A DNA stretch of 64,000 bases from the human T2T-CHM13v2.0 reference genome, Homo sapiens: NCBI RefSeq assembly GCF_009914755.1, contig NC_060929.1; one strand, given 5' to 3'. The notes beneath the pieces are model-generated. The model had not been told where the DNA came from and ran no database searches. It worked only from the letters and a program-made list of their open reading frames with translations. The position numbers and the translations under genes are program-made. Positions 11,355-22,820 of this stretch are shown here, in pieces. Every line of letters begins with the position of its first letter. The first letter of the stretch is position 1.

Positions 11355-12992
11355 GAAAAGTCCCCTGTGATGCCACCTCTGAGGCAAAGTCCATTTTTTT
11401 GGCTTGAACTCCCTTCGTCCCTGACTTCCCAAGGGCTCCCAGCATCCCGGCAAGCCCCGCACAGCCCTGTGGGTAGTGAGGCCCAGCATGCTCTCCTCCT
11501 TCCTTCCTTTCTGTTTTATCGCTGTCCGACACGCTGCGCGGTTGATTGGCTGTCCTTGCCTCCCTCCTCTGCTGAATGAATGCTCCCTGAGGGCTGTGTG
11601 TTGCATTTCCCTGGGACAGTGCCCTGTACCACTTAGTGGGCGCTCAGTGACCATCGCATGAAGGAGGAAGTGTATGTGGCATCTCCAGGAAATGAGAGCA
11701 AAAAAGAAAGAAGCAGCCGCACCTCCGTAAGGCAGAGACTCTCGGGAGTCATGGATGGGGAGCCTGAGACTGTTCATTCAACGGGTGTCTATGGAGTGTG
11801 TGCATGTCCCGGGCACTCCCGCTGCCTCTTGGATACATCGATGAAGGGACAGTAAGCAGGAGCTCATGGGCTCTCAAAAGAGACACATAACACTATCAGC
11901 ACCATGAGCGAGTGAATGGGCTGAGCACCTCAGTGGCTGGATGAACGAGCGATGCCTGGCATCAGCTGTCTGTGGCTGCACAGCAATCTAGCCTCACCAC
12001 ACAGCACAGGCACATCCACCTGTGTCCTGCTTGACGTCCTGGGCCCCGTGCTCTCTACCCAGCCTATTCTCTAGATTCTGTCCATCCCTGCACAAGCTGG
12101 TGGGATTTTTACTGAAATTACTTTCTGGAGAAGTTTGTGCCACTTCCTCGGCTTTAGCTGGGGTTCACTGTGTTAGATTACATACGTACTGCAGGTCTTT
12201 CTGAGATGAGCCTTCTGTCTTAACCTCCTGCTGAGACGGCTGAGAAACAACAGACCCTTCGTGTGACCAAAATTCTCCGACCTTGGATGTTTCTGAGGTC
12301 TTCTTAGCTCCACCTTGCCTTTTTCACCAGATGACGTTTTCTGACAATGCTTTAAAGTCATCTCTGAGCTTGAGTCTTTTGCCATCTGAGGGCACTGAAC
12401 GTGTTCTGTTGCCAGTCCTGGCTCTGTTTTGCGCTCTCCTCTGGCATTTGACCAGAAGCAGCAGGAGGAACCATGTGGCGCCTTTAACATCTCGGAAGTC
12501 ACCTGTGATGCTGCTTCCCGCATCACATCACACCACATCTCCAGCATCATTGCAGGAGGAGCTGCAGCCGAGTTTCTGCCACCCTGTGAAGATCCCAGCA
12601 CCACGCTCTCCATTCTCGCACATCCTCTCTGCAGCATGCTCAGGTCTGCGTTTTTGCCCACATTCTGCTTGAGGTTCTTCTGGCTTTCTCTATCCTGGTC
12701 CTCAACCTTTTCTGGCTTCTGCCTGCTGCTAGCTCCCAAAGCCACTCCCGTAGCTCTGGGATTTGTTACAGCAGCAGACCGCTTCTGGTTGGTGCACTGC
12801 TTGTCTATTGCTGTATGACAGCGTTACAAGAAACCTGGCTGAGAAGAGCACACATTTCACATCTGATTTTTGTGGGTCAGGGATGCAGGCATGGCTTTGC
12901 TCAATCCTCCCCTTAGGCCTCTAAGGCAGCAATCATCACCACGTTAGCCAGGGCTGGGCTCTCAGCGGGGAGCTTGACAGGGGAAGGGCTCC

Positions 12993-14081
12993 TGATATGG
13001 TTTGGCTTTGTGTCCCTATCCAGATCTCATCTTGAATTGTACTCCCGTAATTTCCACATGTTGTGGGAGGGACCGGGTGGGAGATAATTGAATCATGGGG
13101 GCGGTGTCCCCCATACTGCTCTCGTGGTGGTGAGTAAGTCTCAGGAGATCTGGTGGCTTCACTTGGCTCTCATTCTATTTTGCTGCTGCCCTGTGAGATG
13201 TGCCTTTCACCTCCCGCCATGATTGTGAGGCTTCCCCAGCCACGTGGAACTGTAAGTTGAATAAACTTTTCTTTTGTAAATTGCCCAGTCTCAAGTATGT
13301 CTTTATCAGCTGTGTGAAAATGGACTCACATAGCAAATTGGTATCAGTAGAGTGGGGCACTACTGAAAAGATACATGAAAATGTGAAAGTGACTTTGGAA
13401 CTGGGTAATAGGCAGAGATTGGAACAGTTTGAAGGGCTCAGAAGAAGACAGGAAAATGTGGGAAAGTTTGAGACTTCCTAGAGACTTGCTGAATGGCTTT
13501 GGCCAAAAGCCTGATAGCGATATGGACAATAAGGTCCAGACTGAGGTGGTCTCAGATGGAGATGAGGAACTTGCTGGGAACTGGAGTAAGGGTGACTCTT
13601 GTTATGTTTTAGCAAAGAAACTGGCGGCATTTTGTCCCTGCCCTGGAGATTTGTGGAACTTTGAACTTGAGAGAGGTGTTTTAGGGTATCTGATGGAAGA
13701 AATTTCTAAGCAGCAGAGCATTAAGATGTGACTCGGGTGCCGTTAAAGGTGTTCAATTTTTTTTTTTTTAGCTTTTCTGTATTTTTTTTTAATATACTTT
13801 AAGTTCAGGGGTACACGTGCAGAATGTACAGATTTGTTACATAGGTATACACATGCTATGGTGGTTTGCTTCACCCATCAACCTGTCATCTACATTAAAT
13901 ATTTCTCCTAATGCTATCCCTCCCCTAGTCCCCCATCCCCCGACAGGCCTTTCACCTTCTGCCATGATGGTGAGGCCTCCCCAGCGACGTGGAACTGTCA
14001 GTCCAACAAACCTCTTTCTTCTGCAAATTGCCCAGTCTCAGGTATGTCTTGGTATCAGCAACGTGAAAATGGACTAATACC
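12993..14081 (+). mobile_element. THE1 provirus remnant: 5' LTR 12993-13331, internal 13333-13757, 3' half of 3' LTR 13950-14081
   Basis: Starts TGATATGGTTTGGCT and ends GGACTAATAC. Internal part begins aattggtatcagtagagtgggg. 5-bp TSD GCTCC at 12988-12992 and 14082-14086. Confidence 0.9.
13758..13949 (-). mobile_element. L1PA 3' end (L1PA7/8-like) with poly(T), inside THE1
   Basis: atactttaagttc.ggg.tacacgtgcagaa...ctaatgctatccctcccc..gacaggcc is the L1PA 3' UTR end. Confidence 0.9.
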
Positions 14082-14619
14082 GCTCCCTTCCCTGCTTGGC
14101 TTGTGTGGTTGTCAGCAGCATTCATCCCCTTGCAGTTGCAGGACTGACAGCTTCAGACTCTTGCTGGCTGTTGGCTGGGGGTGTGCTCAGCTCCCAGAGG
14201 CCGTCCCCAGTGCTGGGCCTTGTGAGGCTGAGCATGGCTGCTGGGTCCCTTGCAGCTGGCAGGGGACAGACTCCAGACGGGCTCTGCAGTCTTATGTAAC
14301 GTAACCACACAAATGTGCTTATGTGTAGCTGGTTAGCTTTGTCATATTCTGTTCATCACAAGCAAGTTGCAGGGAGGGGATCACCAAGAGGTGAATGTTG
14401 AGAGGCAGCGATCGCAGGCCACCCAGAAAGCCTGTCTGTCTCACTGAGAAACAAAGACATAGGAGATTATGCGAGGCACGAAGTGCTGTGGGAAAACCGA
14501 GGACACAGACGCAGGGCTCGGGCAGAGTTCCCACGGTGGGCACAGCTGGGCCCTTCCTGGTGGTGTTTTCTCTCTGTTTCTTGTTCCCAGCTGGTTCCCC
14601 TTGTGGTGTGGCCAGGGAC

Positions 14620-14993
14620 CTGTGGTGACATGGTGGCAGGCCGTGCCGCTCACTGCGTTGGGGGCCTCCTGCTGTAAGCACTGAGTGGGACTGCACTTCC
14701 CTGCCCCTTGGAGCCCCTCTGGCCAATGAGATGTGAACAAGGTGACTGTGTCTCAGCCATAAAGAAGCCTTGGAGGCCAGTGAGAGTCCCCCTCCCCTTC
14801 CACCTGCCATGGCAAACAGGAGCATTTCAGACAGTGGAGACTGGCAGACGAGCTCCCTGAATGAGCTGGTGTGAACCGGAGCCCCTGGGACCTGGGCCGA
14901 CACCTGTGAGAGCAGGAGCAGCTGCAGTTTTCAGCCACTGACAGGTGGAGATTGTTTGTTACAGCCACACGGTCTGTCCTACTGACTGATGCA
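14620..14993 (+). mobile_element. Old MLT1-type LTR fragment
   Basis: 3' end pattern ttcagccactga..gattgtttgttacagc..ctgactgatgca. Confidence 0.55.
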
Positions 14994-17900
14994 ATGATTC
15001 CTTTGCAAGTCAGTTTCATAATATTATAATTGCATATTAGGTGATTTACTGTAATATAATAGTAAATTGTATAATTATATACTATACTTGTGTATTATTA
15101 TGTGATTACATACTGTAATATAATTTTCAACATAGAAAAAGCTACTAGACAGAAGGGGAATTGTGTGTCTCTGAAGTGCCTGTGGGCATTCCACCTGGCC
15201 TTAAAGAGAAAATGTAATGTAAGGACAAAACACACAATGCCAATTAAAGACCCCATATAGGAACCTGCTGACCCCCTGCTTCCACCTGCTGGCTGGCTAG
15301 GAAGGGGTGCAAATCAGAGCAGCCTCCTTGGACCTCGGAGCAGAAGCCCTTTGTGGAGCTGGGTGGAAACGCCCTGTGCTGGGCCACCGCCCCTCTACTC
15401 TCAGTGAGCGAGGAGTGGCTGGGGATGCACAGGAGCTGCTCTGCATTTGGGCTCTGCCTTGCAGTAGAGTCTGTGCCTTGTGGCGCAGCGGGGCTGACCT
15501 GAGGCAGCCGCAGTGGAGATGGGCCAAAGAATCGGAGGAGGGACTGAGTGGACTTGGTGAATGGTTGGGTGCGGGGCTTGGAAGGAGACATCAGAGAGGA
15601 TTCCTGGACTTCTGGCTGCGAGGGTGGGAGGCAGCTGGTGGAGCCACGGACACAGTGAGAGTGCATAAACGGCCACAGGTGCCCTGCCCAACCCAGGGGA
15701 GTAGGTGCCTCAGCAAGGTGGGGTTCCTGCAGCCGTGTGGGGCTAAGGGGCCCCAGCCTTGTGCGGGCCTCAGGGATGGCTCACCCAGCATGTTTCACTG
15801 TGTGTTACATTTATATAGGAAGGTGGCAGTGGGGACTCTCCTCGGGGAGAGAAGAACAACCTTGTAAAGGTGTCCTAGTGTAGTAAATTGCTAGAGTTTC
15901 CCAAGCAGGTCTGTTCTGCGTTCTTTCACGTGCTATGCAATGAGATAATGGTGATAACATCACCGTGGATGTTGGTAGGGTGAAGTGGATGACACCTGAC
16001 TTTCTGGGTGCAAAAGTGCACATGCTCCCAGAGCCACACATGCCCAGACGCCCGTGCTGTGTGCTGGGCTTCGGGTTTTGGGCCATGGGACCCCTTGGAG
16101 AAGGCACTCCTGCCATGGGACTCCCTTGGAGAAGGCAAACCTGTGTCTGCTGGAGCCTCAGCTGGCAGCCGGCATCCAGAGCACTTCCTGCCTTTCCTCG
16201 GGGAGAAGGTCCATACAGGCCTGTGGGGGCTGGCTGCTTCCTTGGGAAAGGCTGGGCATCCCTGGCACCCTGGACACTGGCCTCTGTTACACAGTTTGCA
16301 TGCGCTTCCAACTCCAGCTCCGAAGAGGCTAGCTCCACGTCTGAAAGTCTTGTACCTGAGGATGTGTTCAACTTTCTTCATCTGTGAAACGGACTCCCCA
16401 CGCACATGGGGACGTTGCCGTTGGGAATTATTCCTGGTGCCTGCCTGTGCCTGAGGGAGGGCTGGGATGGATCTCTGTGCTCCTCACCTAAAGAAAACCT
16501 CAGCCTTGGGACAGCCTTGCTTCTTGCACAACTCTGGTGCGGGCCCAGCCTCCAGTGGCCGGGGAGTCCCCGTCTCAGCCGGTGAGCACTACTCAGATCA
16601 CTCTGTCCCCTCTCCAGACAGGGCGGCCTTGCCACAAGGTGAAGGAGCTGCCCGGGATCTTTCCTGCAGGACGTTCTGTCACAAGGAGAACGCGAGAGAT
16701 GAAGTTGGTGAAGACTCTGCTTTGCAGGCAATCTAAAATCCTGGGTGAGTCACAGGCCCCTGGAGCAGCCGGCGCAATGCCTAGACTGCAGCCCCTCGGG
16801 CTGGGCTGTGTGGGAGGGGACTTGTGTGTCTCTGATGTGCCTGTGGGCATTCCACCTGGCCTTAGACTCCCAGCCTAAGCAGGTGCTCCAGGTTCCACCT
16901 GGCCTTAGACCTCCCCGTCCTTCGTCACCGAGGCACTGACGCTCAGGGCCCCTGTACACATCTCTGTGGGGCACGGGGAGGCGGAGTGGTTTCCCTTGTG
17001 CTCAGGGTGGAATGGAAGCCCTTCACCACCAGGAGCCCTAACTCTGGGGTTTGGGGCATCAGCTACTTGGCAGAGGAGGCATCTCATTTTGAATCCTCTG
17101 ATCTTCATCATTTGGGAGAGCCCCCCACCCCACCCCACCAAAATTGGGAAAAGCTTGGTTTTCTGTTTAATTCTTAACAGGTTTTTGAGCACTGGGTGGA
17201 TAGACTGATTTTCTTTGGGCTAAATATTTTGAAAACCATTGAACTGGTAGTTCGAACACTTGCATTTTGCTGAAATCTCTCTCTGCAGCCACTGTGAGAC
17301 AGAAGCCCAGAGAGGAGGCAGAAACAGCCACCTTTATCCACAGCCAAACACGCTGTGAAGAGCGGAGACAGGTTATACAGGAGCGATGCTTTAATAGGAA
17401 ACCCAGAAATAGAATGTGTTCAGTTTGATAATCGTTTTAAGCTTTTCTTCCCCCTGTAGATCGTGGTAACTTGGTTCAATATTATGAGCCATGGGTGGCG
17501 AGGAAGAGTGAAGCGTTATTGTCAGATAGTGGAGCGAGATCTCTTTATTGGCTGCAGATCCCTGAAGCCTGTGCCCAGCAGGAAATCAATGTCCATCTTT
17601 CTGGCTTCACTGCCCCCGGGATCCTCATTTTCCGCTTGTTTGTGTGTGGCTCTGATTTGTTTTTAGGTCTGATGTTGCCTGCTTCCAGAGCTCCATTAAA
17701 GCTTCGGTGAAGTCTCCCCCAGCCCACAGGATCATCTCGGCATTGACAGTGTGCCTTGCAAGGCTGGAATGCACTGGGCCGCTCCCAGACTGCTGCCTGC
17801 AAAGCAAAAATCCCCTCTACCAGGATGTGGTGGGCTTCAAACTATTGCTGTTCACCTGCAATTCCAATTTTGCATGGGTGTCTCTCTAGTCCCCTCCTAG

Positions 17901-18739
17901 TCAGCCTCTTGTGGACTATGGGCCAACATTGTGGACACCTCTTGAGTCAGTGGCCCCAAAGCTGCAGTGGGGTCTGGGGTCTGGACCAGAGCATGTTCTC
18001 AGGGCAGGCCGAGCCATGCTGTCCGGATGTGAGAAGGGAGCTGTGTCAGGCAGGCTGACAGGCCCTGGGGCCTGCTCCTGGGGCCACAGGGTTCTAGGGA
18101 CCCATTACTGAGGTCTGGGGGCACCAACAGACCCGGCCTGGGTGGGTGGCCAGCAGCCCAGAGCCAGATGCAGCTGCACCTGCCTGAGTGTGTGATGTGA
18201 TGCTGAGCTGAGATGCACGGGAAGTGAGTTCAGTGTTCTGGAAAAGATTCCTTCACTGATGAAAAGAGACAGGAAGGGAGGACCTCTTTTTCCCCTGGAT
18301 ATGGTCATATCTCGAAGCGACCTGGGGGACCAAGCAGGTGTTATGCCAGCAGGGGCCCCACATTGGCCAGAGGTGCCGGGCTCTCCCCTGGGACCATCAC
18401 TTTGACTCTTAGTCTAGAAATTAGAAGTGTGGAGCTCAACAGCTGCTGGTGTCCCCTCATCTCACCTACATTTAAAAACCATTTCTCATGGAAAATTCCA
18501 AATATTTACAAAAATAGGGAGACTTATTGAATAGGGAGAAGAAGTGGGCACCCGTCAGCCAGTTTCAGCACTTACATAATTCATGGCCAATCTTACCCAT
18601 TTTCCCCAACCAATTTGCTTTGGAGCAAGTTCAGGGTATCATATCTGTAAAAAAAAACACATAGACAAAAAACAAAACAAAACAAAAGAAAACAAAACTC
18701 ATATGAATATCATATGTGAAAAGGCAACAATTCTTTTCA

Positions 18740-18897
18740 TGTTTTTACATTTTTAAATTATTTCATTTTATTTTATTTGTGGAGACAGGATCTCACTATG
18801 TTGCCCAGGCTGGTCTTGAACTCCTGGGCTCAAGCAATCTCCATGCCTCAGCCTCCCGAAATGCTGGGATTACAGGTGTGAGCTACCATGCCTGGCC
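18740..18897 (-). mobile_element. Alu monomer (FLAM_C/AluJ-like) within old L1 fragments (about 18470-19170)
   Basis: gagacagg.tctcactatgttgcccaggctggtcttgaactcctgggctcaagc...cctggcc; TSD-like caa(c/t)aattcttt on both sides. Confidence 0.85.
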
Positions 18898-20099
18898 CAA
18901 TAATTCTTTAATATCTTCAAATACACAATGTTTCCGTTTCTTTGCTTTTTGACAGTTTATTTGTTTTTATGTTTTATTTTTAAATAACAGGTTTCTTGAG
19001 AAACAATTTGCATAACATTTACTCTTTTAAACTGTACAATTGAGTGATTTTTAGTACTTTCATGAACTTGTGCAACCATGACCATAGATTGCAGAACAAT
19101 TTCATTACCCCCCAAAAAGAATGCTGTTTCCATGAGCAGTGGCTCCCTGCGCATCCCCAGCCCCCATTTCAGGGTGATGGGACTCTCCGCCTTGGTCCTC
19201 TCTGCCTCTCTGAGTTCTGTGTGAGGGGTTAGATCCTGGCCCTCCCTGCCTCTCCACATCTGCATATTCATTTCCAGTTTATGTGAATCTTCGGGATCCT
19301 GTGACAGTGACGTTGAGCTCAGTTGATGTGTCCCTTAAGCTTCTGAGGCCTTCAGGTTTCCCATCCACCTTTCATTGGTTTGTGTACTGTTTTGCGGTTG
19401 TTCCTTCATGATAATCTACAGAACCACCATCCCATCCGTGGACGCTTGTTTCCAGAAACATCGCGACGTGGTGTCTGACTGTGTGCATAACCCAGCAGAA
19501 GAGCTCTCCGAGACCTAGAGCCGGGGAAACAGACTTAAAACCCAGGGATGCAGGAGCCCTTTGCTGGCTTGTCTTCTCCTTCTGTTGCTCATTCCTTGAG
19601 TCTCTTTATTAAGAATTTGTAGCAAAGTTCCCTGGAACAATAAGCTTTCTCTTATAAACTCAATTGATTTTATGGTACTCAGAAGTGTTTTTCGTAAGCA
19701 CCTCATTGGAAAAATATTCTTCAGTAGTCTCTGCCAGCAAATTGACATGAAAAAAGAGTAGAATTCACTGGACAGCTTTTCCATGGTTTAATCCATTGCC
19801 CCAATTTTGAGACTTTAGGAAGAGCCAATAACACGAATCACAGTGTGTCATCTAAAAGGCTCTAAATCACAGTGCAGCAGGATGCCAAGCATGAGACAAA
19901 CAACGGTCCTCTTGCCAAGAAGCAACCACCACCAGCCGTTCCCAAGGGCCCAGACTCACGAATTCCACCCAGGCACTGATGAACACTTTCTTCCTTGCTC
20001 AGGCCTGGAAGAGTGGTAGGCCCTTAGCAAATGAGCCAGATTGAAGAGATGAATGAATTTGTGTACTCACAGTGGCTCCCATCCCAACCAGTGGCTCTA

Positions 20100-20710
20100 A
20101 TGGGATCTCCCCTAGCCCTGTTTATTCAGGTGCCCACCTTCCCTGCTTGTGGCCTCCAGAAAGGGTGACCGTATCCTCAGCTCCAAGGGTCAGTCCAATT
20201 GGCTCAAGGCAGTCACTATGGTCTCACCCCCTGCCCCAGTGATGGCTCGAGTTTGTATTAGTTATCTCTTTCTACCTAACCAGTTGACTTAAGCTTTGGC
20301 AGCTTAAAACAACACACCATTATCTCTCAGAGGTTCTGTGGGCTGTGGACGTGGGCAGAATTTACATGGCTCCTCTGCTTCTGTATCTCCTTACAAGGCC
20401 ACAACGTGTCAGCCAGGGCTACCGTCTCATCTGAAGGCTCTACTGGGGAGGGAACTGCTCCCAAGGTTACTTCTGAGGCTGCAGTCAGGATTCAGTTCCT
20501 TGAGGAAGTTTGGACTGAGAGTTTCAGGACCTTGCTGGCTGCTGCCTGAGTGTGTGATGTGATGCTGAGCTGAGAAGTACGGGAATTCAGTTCAGTGTTC
20601 TGGAAAAGAGTCCTTCACTGATAAAAAGAGACAGGAAGGGAGGGCCCCTTTTTCTCCTGGACGTGGTCATATCTTGGAGTGGCCTCTGGAACAAGCAGAT
20701 GTTATGCTAG
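20100..20710. mobile_element. ERVL LTR16/33-like fragment interrupted by a truncated MLT1 piece (about 20255-20541)
   Basis: ccagctcca..attggctcaag..cagt and tgtattagttatct..gcttaaaacaaca motifs. Confidence 0.45.
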
Positions 20711-20761
20711 GCTGAGGATGAAGCCAACAGGGAAGGGTGGAGCTGGGGTGAGTAGAGGAGC

Positions 20762-20870
20762 GGAACCATGCTGGGCAGGGGAGGGGAAGTGCACTGCGCA
20801 TGGGAGGGGAACTGCACTGGACAGGGGAGGGAAACCATGCTGGGCAGAAGAGGGGAACTGTGCTGGGCAG
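20762..20870 (+). repeat. Degenerate ~23-bp G-rich tandem repeat, about 5 copies
   Basis: Recurring gaggggaa / ctgggcag / gcactg blocks. Confidence 0.65.
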
Positions 20871-21723
20871 TGCCCAGCATGTAGGCTTCCAGTACGGGTG
20901 GGAAAATAGGTCTATGTTGGGTGGAACAAATTTGAGTCACGGCCTCCTGTTGCTTGCAGCCAAAACACTCTAACTGCCATCTCTTGTGACCATGTTCTCA
21001 ATCTTCCTTATGTACCATTTTGGTGGGGTTTGGATCCTGTTAACCGATCAGACTTGCCAGCAGCACGTGGGATAGCTTCTGGGTTCCTTGGGATGGAGTT
21101 TGATCACCATCACTAACTCAAATTAGTCAAGAACGGGTTAATAGTTTCCATTACAATTCAGTAGCTACATTTGGTTCTTAGACTCCATTTTTCTTCCATG
21201 TTTAGTTGATCATTTTCTGCTGTGCTCTGCAACATAGCTAGGTACAGAGAGCAGGGTGGTTGAGAGGACAGTGAGTAGTTTTATATAAGACGAGAGAGAG
21301 GAAGAAACAGAGAGAGGGGACAGAGAGAGAAAGAGAAAGGGAGGTCACCTATCTGTATCACCTGCTGAACTGCATTGGCGATAGGCTGTGTGACTTGGAT
21401 ATTTCAGTCCCAGAAACAGCTCTTTAAGGACATTGATCCAGTTTTCCTGTAAGGTAATAGCTGTAGGGAAATGGAATGCTTCTTGGAGCTCAGGATTTGA
21501 ACGCAGTTTGGTCTGGGGTCAAAGCCTGTGCTCTCAGGCACTACCACGGCTTCCCCTTCTATGAGCTCCCTGCACACATTTAGAGCACCATGCAAGGGAG
21601 AGGCCCACCAGCAGGGATTCTGCCAATGTGTGTATGTGTGTTTGTGCGTGTATGTGTGTGTATATGTATGTGTATATATATTAATATAAGCATATGAGTC
21701 TTATGAAAAATACCCGTGAGTAT

Positions 21724-21749
21724 TGTATTAGGGTTCTTCAGAGAAGCAG

Positions 21750-21797
<48 letters not shown>

Positions 21798-21827
21798 TAT
21801 ACACATATACACACATATATATGTGTA

Positions 21828-21883
<56 letters not shown>

Positions 21884-22334
21884 AGTAAATAGATATAAAC
21901 AGATAGATAGATGTAGATGTATGAGAAGTCCCATGATAGGGACAGGTCCTTGGCAAGTGGAGACGGAGGGATGCCAATGGTGTGATTCCATCCAAGTCTG
22001 AAGGCTCCAGAACCAGAGAAGCTGATGGGGTAATTTTCAGTCTGAGACCAAAGGCCAGAGAATGAGGAGTTCTGATGTCTGAGGGAAGAAGAAGTGGGGT
22101 GTCCCAGCTCTAGAAGAAAGAGCAAATTCACCTCTTCTCTGACTTTTTGTTCTACCCAGGCCCTCTGCTGACTGAATGATGGCCCCCAGCGTTGGATCTT
22201 CCTTACTCAGTCCACTGATTCAAATGCTGATCTCTTCTGGAAGCGCCTCACAAGCACACCCAGAAACGATGCCTTACCAGCTATCTGGGCATCCTTTAAA
22301 ACAGCCAAGGTGACACCTAAAATTAACCTTTACA
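21724..22334 (-). mobile_element. MLT2 (ERVL) LTR containing a compound microsatellite
   Basis: tgtattagggttct.cagagaa.cagaac at the left; tcagtccactgattcaaatgct.atctcttc and tgacacctaaaattaacc at the right. Confidence 0.85.
21751..21883. repeat. (AT)n-(CA)-rich-(TG)-rich-(AT)n compound microsatellite
   Basis: Read directly from the sequence. Confidence 0.95.
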
Positions 22335-22399
22335 AGTGTCACAAAAAATAAGGTGTGTTAGTTTAGAAACATTTCCCCATCTGAATGTGTTTTATGTCT

Positions 22400-22820
22400 G
22401 AACTACTGAGTGGCCAACACAGGGAAGACCCTGTCCACCTGGAGCTTATGTTCTAAAGGGCAGGGACATCACCAGTCCAGGATGGAGAGCAATGAGGAGG
22501 CCGCCTGAGACAGGTGGTTGGAGATCTCCCTGGAGGAGATTATATTTGAGCCAAAATCTAAAGGATAAGATTGAGCAAGAGGGAAGTGAGGGCAGAGTCT
22601 TGGGGATGGTGAGGAGCTGGGTTTCATTCCAAGAACTATGGGAAGCCACTAAAAGGTTTAAAAATAGGGACATTTGGAATTTCTGAAAAAGATGATTTGA
22701 TTCTCACGACTTTGTGATGAAGGGATGGGAGATGAGCTAGACTAGGAGAGGGGAGAGCATTCAAGGGGCAGCTGCGTTCATCCAGGACAATGATGGGTGG
22801 GCCTGGGGCTGGTGGGGGAG
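22400..22820 (+). mobile_element. L2 fragment
   Basis: ggagcttatgttcta, tttgagc.aaatct.aaggat.ag, tgggaagccact.aaaggtttaa. Confidence 0.65.

Larger units (their letters stand above)
12170..14410 (-). mobile_element. Old MLT1-type LTR with a possible internal fragment, split by THE1
   Basis: MLT1-like sequence at about 12800-12992 resumes at 14087 after the THE1 TSD. 12170-12795 resembles MaLR internal sequence. Confidence 0.55.

Noticed and set aside
13429-13731. 100-aa ORF with globular-looking sequence
   Set aside because: Truncated remnant of the THE1 internal ORF.
5990-19200. Divergent plus-strand multi-exon lncRNA from the distal CpG island
   Set aside because: Plausible and loosely recalled from annotation, but I cannot define its exons from sequence alone.
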